From Candidatus Bathyarchaeota archaeon (lineage in GTDB: Archaea > Thermoproteota > Bathyarchaeia > Bathyarchaeales > Bathycorpusculaceae): a DNA stretch of 43,845 nucleotides. The notes under the pieces were generated by a model. It made no database searches. It saw only the letters and a program-made list of their open reading frames with translations, and was not told the DNA's origin. Positions within the stretch are counted from its first letter, which is position 1. Every line of letters begins with the position of its first letter. Location of the stretch: contig CAWABA010000012.1 of the NCBI GenBank assembly GCA_963780185.1, positions 1 to 43,845 on the forward strand, written 5' to 3'. Positions 17,727-27,689 of the stretch are shown here, one piece after another. Made by a program: the position numbers and the translations under genes.

Positions 17727-20700
17727 GTGAACTATGGCGGGGAGAACTTGGCAAATGGAGCGCAAAGCAACCCAGAAATATTCACTGTAAAAGAGAATGT
17801 TCCCTTAGCTCCGCCTCCAGTAACAACGGAAGAAGTTTTGACTCTGCCCGCGAATGACTTGTTGTCTAAGCTTGGGACTTCGACGCAAGGTCTCAGCTCC
17901 GAAGAAGCTGAACGAAGAATCAACGTTTACGGCACCAACGAATTAGCACGCAAGCTGAAACGTTCCGGCATAATCAGTTTTCTTCTGCATTTTAAAAGCC
18001 CATTGATTCTGATTCTTTTAGCCGCTGCCACTTTCGCCGGCGCAACAGGTGACATTCCTGACTTCACCATCATATTTGTCATTGTACTAATCAGCGTTAG
18101 CATAGACCACTATCAAGAATCTAAAGCTGAGAACGCCGCTGAACTTCTCAGAGAAAAAGTCAGCACAACCGCGACTGTTATTCGAGATAACACTAAGAAA
18201 GAGGTAAAACTTTCCCAGATTGTCCCCGGCGACATCATTTACCTTTCAGCCGGCGACATAGCTCCTGCGGATGCAAGAATAATCACCGCCAAAGACCTCT
18301 TCATCAACCAGAGCTCTTTAACTGGTGAATCGTTCCCTGTTGAAAAAACAGCTAACAGTTTGCAGCCTGTTAAATTGTCGTCTGGTTCGATCACAGAATG
18401 GGACAATTACCTTTTTATGGGAACTTCCGTTGTAAGCGGCAGTTCAATAGCTGTGGCTGCTAAAACAGGCGGATCCACTGAATACGGAAAAATCGCCAAA
18501 AAACTCGTTGCTAAGCCGCCTGAAACAGAGTTTGAAAGAGGCGTCAAAGGATTCAGCTACCTCATCATGCAAGTCACTTTTGTGCTGATTATCTTCGTTT
18601 TCATCGTGCTTGCCCTGTTCCATAGAAGTTTGATAGAGTCGCTGCTTTTTGCGGCTGCCCTGGCAGTGGGGTTGACCCCTGAGCTTTTGCCAATGATCAT
18701 CACTATGAACCTTTCAAAGGGCGCCGTGAACATGTCAAAGAAAGGCGTCGTCGTCAAGCATTTGCCTTCCATCGAGAACTTCGGCAGCATGAACGTTTTG
18801 TGCACGGACAAAACTGGAACTTTGACGGAGAACAGCATATCGCTTATCATGCATGTTGATTTTGAAGGTAAAGACGATGACAAAGTTCTTCTGTACTCCT
18901 ATCTAAACAGCTTTTACCAAACTGGGCTTAAAAGTCCACTTGACGAAGCCATACTTGTCCATAAAGAAATCGATCTTAGCTCCTACCAGAAAATCGATGA
19001 GGTTCCGTTTGATTTTGTTAGAAGACGCGTCTCAGTTGTGGTTGAGCGGCAGCGGGAAAGAGTTCTAATCGCTAAAGGTGCACCTGAAGAAGTGTTGAAG
19101 GTTTCTTCCTACTGCGAAATAGAAGGAGTCATCCAAGACATAAGCGAAGAACTTCGGAAAAGAATCGAACAAAAATACTTTGACTTAAGCTCTGAAGGCT
19201 TGCGGGTGCTGGGCGTTGCCTATAAGAAAATGAAGGAAGAAAAAGCCATCTACTCAGTCAACGACGAAACCGACATGGTTTTCCTCGGCTTCATCGCTTT
19301 CCTCGACCCGCCCAAGCAGACCGCCAAAGAGTCAATTCAACTTCTAGCCAAAGAAGGGATAGAACTAAAAATTGTCACAGGCGACAACGAACTGGTAACA
19401 AGGAAGGTTTGCGAGCAACTTGGCTTCGAAATTAAAGGGGTTGTTCTTGGGACCGAGATTTCCCAGATGCATGATGACGCCTTAGCCCGAGTCGTTGAGC
19501 AGGCTAACGTGTTTGCCCGTGTTACTCCGGTGCAGAAAGACAGGATAATCAACCTGTTGAAAAGCAACGGGCACGTCGTCGGCTACATGGGTGACGGCAT
19601 AAACGATGCTCCTTCCCTCAAGACGTCTGACGTCGGCGTCTCCGTTGCCAACGCGGTTGACGTCGCAAAAGAGGCGGCTGACATTATCCTTTTGGAAAAC
19701 GACTTGACGGTGCTGGCTGAAGGAGTAATTGAAGGCAGGAAAACCTTCGGCAACACAATGAAGTACGTTATGATGGGCATCAGCTCAAACTTTGGGAACA
19801 TGTTCAGCGTCGCCGGCGCAGCTTTGTTCTTGCCCTTCTTCCCTATGCTGCCAATCCAAATACTGCTCAACAACCTCATGTACACGGCTTCTCAAACCAC
19901 AATAGCTACTGACAACATTGACGAAGAGTACATTGAGCGCCCCAAAAGATGGGACATTTCTTTCATCAGAAACTTCATGGTGATGGAAGGTCCAATCAGC
20001 TCAATTTTTGATTACACGACGTTCTTCACGATGGTCTTTGGCTTCGGCATTCCTCTCGCCGCATCAGCAACAGGAGTTGCGATAGCCTCTTTGTTCCAGC
20101 AGTCACAGTTTCAAACTGCATGGTTCGTAGAGTCGCTTTGTACCCAAACGCTGGTAGTTTTCGTTATTAGAACGCGGCAGACGCCGTTCTGGAAGAGCAA
20201 ACCAGGGAAATACTTGACCATCAGCAGCCTCTCAGTTGTCGCAGCCGCCCTAATCATACCTTACACAGCGCTAGGAAAAGTGTTCAAGTTCGTGCCTCCC
20301 CCACCGCTGTTTTATCTTGCGCTGCTGCTCATGGTGATTACGTACCTGTTCTTAGCAGAATTTGTCAAACGAATATTCTACAAGAGGCACGCATTCAGAA
20401 TTGAGCAAGTTTTGGTTCCGAAACGAAAAACCCTGTACTTAAGCGCCAACACTAGGCTGGCAATGGATATGGGGGCGGTGGTGTGTCTGCGGCCTGAAAA
20501 CGAGATTTCAATTGATTCTCTGCTTGAAGATCTGAAGAGCTTAAACTTTCCTGCTGACCCAGACCGCATCTATCAGAACCTTCAGTATCTGCGCCGCGGC
20601 GGATTAATCGAGGTTGACTGGCACAGGCGCATGGTAAAGAGGACGGGACCAATCAAAGAATACGTCAACAAACGGATTGCCTCCAGCGACATCTGGCCCC

Positions 20701-20801
20701 TGCTATTTGACGATTGGGTAACCATCAACAGAGCAATTCAGCAGAAATACGGGCACGCTAACCCTGACTTCCAAGACCTCCTAACATACAGGAACCGTTA
20801 A
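17727..20801 (+). CDS. mgtA: Magnesium-translocating P-type ATPase with a C-terminal winged-helix-like extension
   Basis: LTGESFPVEK, GLTPELLPMI, CTDKTGTLT, DEVPFDFVRRR, GDGINDAP, SSNFGNMFS. Confidence 0.92.
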   Translation: MNYGGENLANGAQSNPEIFTVKENVPLAPPPVTTEEVLTLPANDLLSKLGTSTQGLSSEEAERRINVYGTNELARKLKRSGIISFLLHFKSPLILILLAAATFAGATGDIPDFTIIFVIVLISVSIDHYQESKAENAAELLREKVSTTATVIRDNTKKEVKLSQIVPGDIIYLSAGDIAPADARIITAKDLFINQSSLTGESFPVEKTANSLQPVKLSSGSITEWDNYLFMGTSVVSGSSIAVAAKTGGSTEYGKIAKKLVAKPPETEFERGVKGFSYLIMQVTFVLIIFVFIVLALFHRSLIESLLFAAALAVGLTPELLPMIITMNLSKGAVNMSKKGVVVKHLPSIENFGSMNVLCTDKTGTLTENSISLIMHVDFEGKDDDKVLLYSYLNSFYQTGLKSPLDEAILVHKEIDLSSYQKIDEVPFDFVRRRVSVVVERQRERVLIAKGAPEEVLKVSSYCEIEGVIQDISEELRKRIEQKYFDLSSEGLRVLGVAYKKMKEEKAIYSVNDETDMVFLGFIAFLDPPKQTAKESIQLLAKEGIELKIVTGDNELVTRKVCEQLGFEIKGVVLGTEISQMHDDALARVVEQANVFARVTPVQKDRIINLLKSNGHVVGYMGDGINDAPSLKTSDVGVSVANAVDVAKEAADIILLENDLTVLAEGVIEGRKTFGNTMKYVMMGISSNFGNMFSVAGAALFLPFFPMLPIQILLNNLMYTASQTTIATDNIDEEYIERPKRWDISFIRNFMVMEGPISSIFDYTTFFTMVFGFGIPLAASATGVAIASLFQQSQFQTAWFVESLCTQTLVVFVIRTRQTPFWKSKPGKYLTISSLSVVAAALIIPYTALGKVFKFVPPPPLFYLALLLMVITYLFLAEFVKRIFYKRHAFRIEQVLVPKRKTLYLSANTRLAMDMGAVVCLRPENEISIDSLLEDLKSLNFPADPDRIYQNLQYLRRGGLIEVDWHRRMVKRTGPIKEYVNKRIASSDIWPLLFDDWVTINRAIQQKYGHANPDFQDLLTYRNR

Positions 20802-20999
20802 ATCTGTCGGCTTTTCCTATTGCCTTCCATTGCAGCCTGTTTCAGCAACATGTTTAAATGAAGCCTCAACAGTTTTCGTTAAACAGACGCTGAAAATGAA
20901 CCTAGACAATCCCAACTGGACTAGTTCAACTATTCGTCCTGAAAAAAATGCGCCTGTCGAAAAACAAAACCTAAAACTGCCTTTACAGGAGACAATGCT

Positions 21000-21938
21000 T
21001 TGACTGTGCCCTTCCTCAGAACCATAAAGCTGGCTAAACGGAACGGCTTAGCTAAAACATCATCCATGATTTTGGCGATAGCGCTAAAACGGGTCAGCGA
21101 AAAAGTAAAATACCTTCCAGAAAAAACCATCACAAAAATAAATAACTCAAAAATGTTTCTGTTCCCGCGGCAGGGAGGCATCAACTACGACCTTTTCCTT
21201 TACAGGAAGAGGGAGCCGCTCTGCACGGACTTTTTGATTCATTCGCAAATTCTCAAAGAAGGCGACACCGTCCTAGATATTGGCGCTAACATCGGCTATT
21301 ACGTGCTGATTGAATCGCAACTCGTGGGGAAAACAGGAAAAGTTTTCGCTGTTGAACCTGTGACAAGCACTTTTCAATTGATGGAAAACAATGTGCAACT
21401 TAACAATTTAAAAAACGTTTCAGCCTTTAACTTTGCGTTCGGCGAAAAAGTTGAAACCTCCGAAATCTACGTCTGCAACGAATCTAACTTGTGCGCCATG
21501 AACAAAGCAGCTGTCGGCGGCAAAATTCAACGTGCACAGAAAGTGCAGGTAGAAACGGTTGATTCTTTCTTCAAAGGCAAACCTGGTCCCAAACTGATTC
21601 GAATGGACGTTGAAGGCTGGGAATACCAAATCATCAAAGGGATGCCTGAAACCCTCAAGGGGGACGTTAGAATTCTTGTCGAGCTGCATTATGGGCTTCC
21701 GTTTATTTCCCCCCAAAAGATGGATGAGTTGCTAGATATCCTTGGGAAAAACAATTTTCGGGTTAGATTCGTGGTTTTCGAGGATAAAGTTCAAGAAAAC
21801 ACGATTGTCCGTTCCCTGCTCAAAAGGGGCGGATACAAACTGCCGATTGTGCGCACAGACATATCGTTGCAGGAACTTAAAAAAGAGCTAAAGGCAAATC
21901 TGATGAGCCCAAACGTGCTATTCGAAAAAGCTTCATGA
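21000..21938 (+). CDS. FkbM family methyltransferase
   Basis: VLDIGANIGYY, VFAVEP, IRMDVEGWE. Confidence 0.9.
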   Translation: MTVPFLRTIKLAKRNGLAKTSSMILAIALKRVSEKVKYLPEKTITKINNSKMFLFPRQGGINYDLFLYRKREPLCTDFLIHSQILKEGDTVLDIGANIGYYVLIESQLVGKTGKVFAVEPVTSTFQLMENNVQLNNLKNVSAFNFAFGEKVETSEIYVCNESNLCAMNKAAVGGKIQRAQKVQVETVDSFFKGKPGPKLIRMDVEGWEYQIIKGMPETLKGDVRILVELHYGLPFISPQKMDELLDILGKNNFRVRFVVFEDKVQENTIVRSLLKRGGYKLPIVRTDISLQELKKELKANLMSPNVLFEKAS

Positions 21939-21943
21939 AACAG

Positions 21944-21997
21944 CTAACGTTGCGTTTCTATGTTTATCTTTGCAGTTATGTTGGAATCACATATCAT
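21944..21997 (-). pseudogene. 17-aa N-terminal remnant of a PIN (VapC) toxin
   Basis: MICDSNITAK... starts 2 nt after the antitoxin stop and resembles PIN strand 1 (hhDsn); then stops. Confidence 0.45.
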
Positions 21998-21999
21998 CT

Positions 22000-22215
22000 T
22001 TAACGTTCTCTGTCCTCTCTGATTAGCAACGTTGAATCGGCTTGTTTCCCGCCACTTTCCGCTTCTTTTTCGATTTGATCTATTATTTTTATCAATTCTA
22101 TTTGCTTGATTCTTTCTTCAAGGAAGCACCTAACTTCTTGGCCCCAATCAGCGGGGTTTTTTTCCATTTTTTCTTTAAGTTTTCTCGGTATGCGAACAGT
22201 GAAGTTTGTCGACAT
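22000..22215 (-). CDS. RHH (VapB/CopG-type) antitoxin
   Basis: MSTNFTVRIPRKLKEKM...W..EVR.F.EE...LIREDRER, typical of archaeal VapB. Confidence 0.8.
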   Translation of the reverse strand: MSTNFTVRIPRKLKEKMEKNPADWGQEVRCFLEERIKQIELIKIIDQIEKEAESGGKQADSTLLIREDRER

Positions 22216-22538
22216 GTTTTCTCATCTATTAACTGTAATACGAGAAGGTCTCAAAAAACTTGCTTGACAAAGTGCTTACTTTCTTAGCAGTTTTGGCGAA
22301 AGTATACATCAAATTGCTTGTCAGAGCAAAAATTGGGATTAAGGCAAGCTCGGGAGGCCCTAAAAGGATTAAGTTGGTAGCCGAGCGCCAACTTGGGGTT
22401 TTGGCAAGGGATTTTCTCGCTATTTTTTATACAAGTGTTTAGTTTTAATTGGTTGGGTAAGCAAGTTGTTTTTTAAGTTGTTTTGCATAGCACCTATGAG
22501 TTGACGGTTAGCTAGCGGTTAAGAAAGGAGATGGGTGG

Positions 22539-23276
22539 GTGGACTCGGTAGACGTTGTGCTGTTGACTAAGAACAGTGACAGAAAACTCAAAGCATGCTT
22601 AGAATCCGTTTACGGGAACGTGCCAGTGGCTAGACTTATAGCTGTCGACGGCTACTCAACAGACAAAACTTTGGAAATTCTTAACTGGTTCAACGAAAAA
22701 TACCACAACGTAAAAATTATTTTAGACAAGGGCAACCGTGCCACCGCACGGCAAAAAGGCATAGCTGACGTCAACACGGAATGGTTCCTGTTTGTAGACA
22801 GCGACGTTATACTTTGCAGAGACTGGTACAAGAAAGCCCAGCGATACATCAGTGCGGATGTCGGTGGGGTTTGGGGAACAGAGGTTTGGTCAACAATCGG
22901 CAGCGACGTAACCATGAAAATTTTCCTGCGGATTACAAGGAAAATTTTTGAAGTTCGCGGTGGAACCCATGACACCCTTATCAAAACAGAATTGGTTAAA
23001 GACATTAACATTCCTAAAAAACTTCATGTTTACGAAGATGCCTACATAAAAAATTGGATTGAACAGAAAGGTTACCGCGTCGTTCCATGCTACATCCCGT
23101 TTTGCATTCATTACCGACCGCCCAACGTTTGGACATGGAAGGGCAGTATAGGGTTGATGGCTGAAGCCGTCACGCTTGGCGATTCACGGACTATTTTCAA
23201 ACTGCTTGCTGCTTACGCGTTCTATTCAGGCTATGCTCTTTATGAGGTTGCCCTGCAAGAGGGGCAACGCGGTTAA
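22539..23276 (+). CDS. Glycosyltransferase family 2
   Basis: VVLLTKNS, VDGYSTDKT, FVDSD, YED. Confidence 0.9.
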   Translation: MDSVDVVLLTKNSDRKLKACLESVYGNVPVARLIAVDGYSTDKTLEILNWFNEKYHNVKIILDKGNRATARQKGIADVNTEWFLFVDSDVILCRDWYKKAQRYISADVGGVWGTEVWSTIGSDVTMKIFLRITRKIFEVRGGTHDTLIKTELVKDINIPKKLHVYEDAYIKNWIEQKGYRVVPCYIPFCIHYRPPNVWTWKGSIGLMAEAVTLGDSRTIFKLLAAYAFYSGYALYEVALQEGQRG

Positions 23277-23340
23277 ACTTTACCCTTTTTAAGTGCTAGA
23301 TGCATAGTGCTAACAAAAAACCTGGCGTTGAGGCACATCG

Positions 23341-24207
23341 ATGGATCAAGTTGACGTCGTTTTGCTGACGAAAAACAGCGAACACATGCTAAGTAAATGC
23401 CTAAGGTCAATTTATGAAAATGTTCCCCTCAAAAACTTGATTGTTATCGACGGCTTCTCAACAGACAGAACCCTGCAAATCCTCGACGGCTTCAATAGGG
23501 CACACGGCAACATAGTTCTTTTCCAAATGGGCGGATCAAGAGCTCAAGCCCGAACCGAAGGCATCCACCGCGTTAGTACAGAGTGGTTTTTGTTTGTTGA
23601 CAGCGACGTTGTGCTCTGCAAAGACTGGTACAGAAAAGCGCAGGCAGACCTGACAAGTGGGGTCGCCGCTGTCTGGGGCTTAAACGTTGACGTTATCCCT
23701 AACGTACAGGACAAGCGGGTCCTGCGGTTGCAGAGCATACTTGCACGGGAATGCTTCAAGCTGCGCGGCGGAACCCATGACACCTTGATTCTGACCAAAT
23801 CCGTGAAGGGCATACGCATCCCCGAGCACCTGCACACTTACGAAGACGCCTACATAATTGGCCATATCAAGAAACAAGGCTACAAAGTTTCAGTCGCCTC
23901 CGAAGCCTACTGCCTCCACTACAAACCGCCGACCAGCTGGAACGTAAAAACCGGGTTCTCACAAGCAATCGTCGAATTCAAATGCGGCCTAGTCTACTCA
24001 CACCTATACGCGTACACACTCTTCTACCCTGCATTCCTGCTGACCTGGATATTCCAAGTGCCCCTCAACTGGCTAAGAAACGACTCAATCCCGAAAACCA
24101 ACCTGAAACAAACCCCAACAACTACGCAAATAATCTTCCAACTTGACCCTGAAAAAATTATTTCTCTTACAAAAGAAGCCGCTAAGAAAACCCGGCTTGA
24201 ATCCTAA
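23341..24207 (+). CDS. Glycosyltransferase family 2 (tandem paralog)
   Basis: Same motifs; shares EWFLFVDSDV.LC.DWY and RGGTHDTLI with the upstream gene. Confidence 0.9.
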   Translation: MDQVDVVLLTKNSEHMLSKCLRSIYENVPLKNLIVIDGFSTDRTLQILDGFNRAHGNIVLFQMGGSRAQARTEGIHRVSTEWFLFVDSDVVLCKDWYRKAQADLTSGVAAVWGLNVDVIPNVQDKRVLRLQSILARECFKLRGGTHDTLILTKSVKGIRIPEHLHTYEDAYIIGHIKKQGYKVSVASEAYCLHYKPPTSWNVKTGFSQAIVEFKCGLVYSHLYAYTLFYPAFLLTWIFQVPLNWLRNDSIPKTNLKQTPTTTQIIFQLDPEKIISLTKEAAKKTRLES

Positions 24208-24262
24208 TTTCACCCTTTTTGACATTGAGTTTCTTGTAAATTTGTTTGGCTTTTCAAATGGC

Positions 24263-25270
24263 TTAGTGGCTTAATGCAATCCAAAGGTGGTCTGAGACTG
24301 GTCTTGGCAGCATCTTCGCCGACTCGTCCCTATGCACCAGTATGCGCTTGTCTGGGCTCGGGTTGAATTCCCCGATGACTTCCGCGAAAATGCGCTCATT
24401 AGCTAAGCTATCAACTATTTTTGGTGCGGCTTCTGGCTCGGCGGCGATGAGCAATGCGCCTGAACTGATGAGCTGCAACGGGTCTATTTCGTAGAAACGG
24501 CAGATTTTGGCTGTTTCAGGTTCAACCGCGATTTTTTCCTCAAAAACCTTCACACCTAAGCCTGAAGCATCCGCCAATTCATGGATGCCATTTAGGATTC
24601 CCCCTTCGGTTGGGTCATGCATCGCGTGGACTCCGCCTGCTCTATAAGCGGTTAAGGCGTCTTTTACCACGCTGATTTGGCTGTAGAAGTTTTTGGCGCA
24701 CTCAAGCATCACAGGATTGAAGACTTTTCTTAGTTGATCCCAGCGGTCAGAAGCCAAAATGGCTGTTCCTTCGATTCCGGCGCTTTTGGTTAAAATCAAT
24801 TTGTCGCCGCTCTTGGCGCCTGCAGCGGTGACGTATTTTCCTTTTTCCGTCAATCCCATGATGCAGCCGACCACAATGGGGTTCGTTAGCCCCGGCGTTG
24901 ACTCGCAGTGTCCGCCCACGATTGCGATGCCGAGCTGCTTTGCGGCGGCGTTCATTTGGGTAGCTAAGGTTTGGACGATTTGGCTGTCAGCGTTCTGCGG
25001 CAGCATAAGGCACGAGAAGAAGAATGCAGGTTCAACTCCGAAGGTTGCAACGTCGTTGGCGTTGATGTTAACGGCTTCCCACCCGATGCGTTCAACCGCG
25101 CCCGTTATGGGATCCATAGAGACGATGGCGTTTTTGGATCCAACATCTAAAACTGCGCCGTCTAAACCTGCGGCGGGACCCAAAACAACCTCATCGCGTT
25201 CAGCACCCAAATTCTTGAACACGATGTCCTTGAGGATTTCAATCGGGATTTTTCCAGGCGGAAGTTTCAT
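24263..25270 (-). CDS. AIR synthase/HypE-like family protein
   Basis: GKIP, DPITGA, INANDVA, IVGGHCE, AMHDPTEGG, LISSGALL. Confidence 0.88.
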   Translation of the reverse strand: MKLPPGKIPIEILKDIVFKNLGAERDEVVLGPAAGLDGAVLDVGSKNAIVSMDPITGAVERIGWEAVNINANDVATFGVEPAFFFSCLMLPQNADSQIVQTLATQMNAAAKQLGIAIVGGHCESTPGLTNPIVVGCIMGLTEKGKYVTAAGAKSGDKLILTKSAGIEGTAILASDRWDQLRKVFNPVMLECAKNFYSQISVVKDALTAYRAGGVHAMHDPTEGGILNGIHELADASGLGVKVFEEKIAVEPETAKICRFYEIDPLQLISSGALLIAAEPEAAPKIVDSLANERIFAEVIGEFNPSPDKRILVHRDESAKMLPRPVSDHLWIALSH

Positions 25271-25296
25271 AGCTTATCCTCTGTGAAATCTAGCTT

Positions 25297-25845
25297 TTAA
25301 GCTGTCTCAACGTCGCCTTCCGCTTTCGGATTTATCCAAGCGTCAGGAAGCCTCCTGAGCAAAAGGATTGCTATTGGGATGCCGATTGCGCCTCCCGCAA
25401 CTATCTGCACTATGTTAAAAGGCACCTCGGTTGCTGCTGCCCAACCTAAAGAAAGGCCGAAGAACTCCGCCAAGAAGTATCCTAACACCATTTCCACGCC
25501 TGCAACGGCGACCGCTAAAATATTTCTTTTTTTGCTTCCCCTTTTAGCTATCAAGCCAGCGATGACTCCTTCTGCACCCTTTATGATAAGCGTGAACGGC
25601 GCATAGGTTGAGGCATAGCCGCCTGCCACATCAGATAATGCCGATCCGACGCCGCCTGCGAATCCGCCGACAAATGGACCAAACGTTAAGGCGCTCACGA
25701 AGATCATTATGTCGCCAAAGTTCAGGTACCCCTTAGTTGCTGGGATCGGAATCTGCACTGCAAATGTTGCGACCGCAACCAGCGCCGCCATGATTCCTGC
25801 CTGCGCAACAAGGACAGTCGGTCTTTTTTGGTTTTTTGATCCCAT
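25297..25845 (-). CDS. ECF transporter S component
   Basis: IPIPATKGYLNFGD...GGVGSALSD...APFTLIIKG.EG; multi-TM. Confidence 0.88.
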   Translation of the reverse strand: MGSKNQKRPTVLVAQAGIMAALVAVATFAVQIPIPATKGYLNFGDIMIFVSALTFGPFVGGFAGGVGSALSDVAGGYASTYAPFTLIIKGAEGVIAGLIAKRGSKKRNILAVAVAGVEMVLGYFLAEFFGLSLGWAAATEVPFNIVQIVAGGAIGIPIAILLLRRLPDAWINPKAEGDVETA

Positions 25846-25993
25846 CGTTTCGCCTTGGATAGCCGATAATCTGTTTAGGAGCCCCCTTTTATCTTATACT
25901 GTTAATAATATTCCTCTGCACTTTGAAACGGGGATTTGCAGAAGGGGAAAATCTAAATGTTAGTTCCTCGCTGAATATTGCAAGTGATAAGTC

Positions 25994-26395
25994 ATGAGCG
26001 TAAGGGAAGATCCGATTAAACTTCACAAAGACGCTAACGCGTTGATGGAAAACGGCAGCTACACCGAAGCCCGCGACCTCTTCGTAAAAGTAGCAGAAAT
26101 GTACTACAAAGGACAAAACTACTTTGGCTCAGCCGAAATGAACTACAAAGCCGGCGAATGCAGCTTCCAACTCAAAGAATACCAGAAAGCTGCGGAGCTC
26201 TTCATGAAATCATCAGACGTAGCCTTCGCCAAGGGATTTGACCGATACGGCGTTAGCGCACTTGAACAGGCACGGGACAGCCAAAAAGCTTTAGGCAACA
26301 CTAAAGAAGTCGAGGAACTTAACAAGAAAATCAAAGAATTCAACGACAAACAAAAAGAGCCCGAAGGCGAATCATCGTTCTCCATCTTTTCCTGA
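25994..26395 (+). CDS. TPR/alpha-SNAP-like helical repeat protein
   Basis: Repeated Y.EA..LF.K.AE.Y / Y.KAAELF.K helical hairpins. Confidence 0.7.
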   Translation: MSVREDPIKLHKDANALMENGSYTEARDLFVKVAEMYYKGQNYFGSAEMNYKAGECSFQLKEYQKAAELFMKSSDVAFAKGFDRYGVSALEQARDSQKALGNTKEVEELNKKIKEFNDKQKEPEGESSFSIFS

Positions 26396-26446
26396 TTGCC
26401 TAGGTCCCAAACAGATTTTTTCTCTTTTGATTTCTTTTCCATAACT

Positions 26447-26704
26447 TCAGCTTGGTCTTTTTTCGTTGGGTTTATTTTGGAAGCTTTTTAGGACTTTTCT
26501 TTTATCCAAATAAGTGGCGAGAATCACAAGTAAGTACACAAGCAGAATTACGGTTCCGATAACCGCGAGAATGGCGAGAACTAAAAAATAAAACTTTCCT
26601 TTAGTTGCGTAATTGAAAAAATTAACGACCACATTGTAAATGAACCCGGCTTCCAGAGCTAAAAGTCCTATGACGACTAAACGGTCCTTTGTCTTTTGAT
26701 CCAG
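26447..26704 (-). CDS. Small two-TM membrane protein (start uncertain)
   Basis: The frame stays open upstream of the 26632 GTG through another hydrophobic helix (LVVIGLLALEAGFIY); CTG 26704 is a candidate start. Confidence 0.5.
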   Translation of the reverse strand: MDQKTKDRLVVIGLLALEAGFIYNVVVNFFNYATKGKFYFLVLAILAVIGTVILLVYLLVILATYLDKRKVLKSFQNKPNEKRPS

Positions 26705-26807
26705 CGGCTTTATCTTTCTTCTCTCCTCAAGAACCCTAAGTCCTTTCAGAGGAAGTGCATATTATATTTTGCCATGCAATAAACTGACCGAGCAACCAAC
26801 GCGCGAT

Positions 26808-27407
26808 TTACCATTCGTCCCGTTTGCCCGCAGCTTCTTCTTTTTGGTCTTTCTCAATTTCCCGGTAAATCTCCCTTAACGGTTCTGAAACAACGTCGAT
26901 TTCAGCGGCGGGGTTTTTTACGATGGGAATTTTTATGTACCGGTCCTGCCGCCGCACCGGAACGTAATCAATGGCTACTTCTTTTGATGCGCAGGTGAGT
27001 TTTTCCTCCGAACCCCACAGCTCATACATTTCAACCCGGATACTGTGCTGTCCAGCACCGATCCCCCTCATATCCAGACTAACTGGGTACTCCATTTCAT
27101 CCGCTGAAATGGGACCCTGAGGAATGCGCACGGCGCACCGGTGCAGTTTTTGCTCATCAAAATACAGTTCCGCGATTATCCTTGAAAAAGAAGCCTTTGA
27201 AGGTGACAATCTAAACCCGACTTTGAGTTCTAAGTCGTCTTCCTTCGTTTCGTTGACAATCTCAGTTATTATTATCCGCTTATTGTTGTGAGCTTGGGAC
27301 GAATTCTCTTTTGCAGCGGGCAAACTGTCAAATGTGGTCTGCTTGGATTGTTGCACTTCAGCAAGCGTTTTTTCTCTTAAGTGCCTAGTTTTTGTGGATT
27401 TAACCAT
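26808..27407 (-). CDS. Hypothetical protein with a beta-sandwich-like core
   Basis: 199-aa ORF with protein-like composition (GAGQHSIRVEMYE). Confidence 0.65.
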   Translation of the reverse strand: MVKSTKTRHLREKTLAEVQQSKQTTFDSLPAAKENSSQAHNNKRIIITEIVNETKEDDLELKVGFRLSPSKASFSRIIAELYFDEQKLHRCAVRIPQGPISADEMEYPVSLDMRGIGAGQHSIRVEMYELWGSEEKLTCASKEVAIDYVPVRRQDRYIKIPIVKNPAAEIDVVSEPLREIYREIEKDQKEEAAGKRDEW

Positions 27408-27689
27408 TCAGCCTGTACGCATTCGAATGCAGTTATTAGTTTTGCGGTTTAAACTTCCGCTGAGTTTTTTGTCATAGACCCCCAAATCCTGAAACCGCGG
27501 CAACTTGCTGAAACTAAATGGCCCAAAGCTTCGGTCAAACGCTCTCCTCGAGTGTAGATGCAAAGTGTAGATGCTTCACCCTCCCACCGGGTACCCCTGC
27601 GAGCAAAAACAAACATCTACCACAAAAAGCCAAAAATAAGCAAATAAATAAGGTGCGAGAGGGCTTCTTTTGATAATAACATTTTAGGT

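Noticed and set aside
27551-27574. AAGTGTAGAT resembles the 3' end of a Cas12a repeat
   Set aside because: Only two short copies 2 bp apart, with no spacers and no repeat stem; not a CRISPR array.
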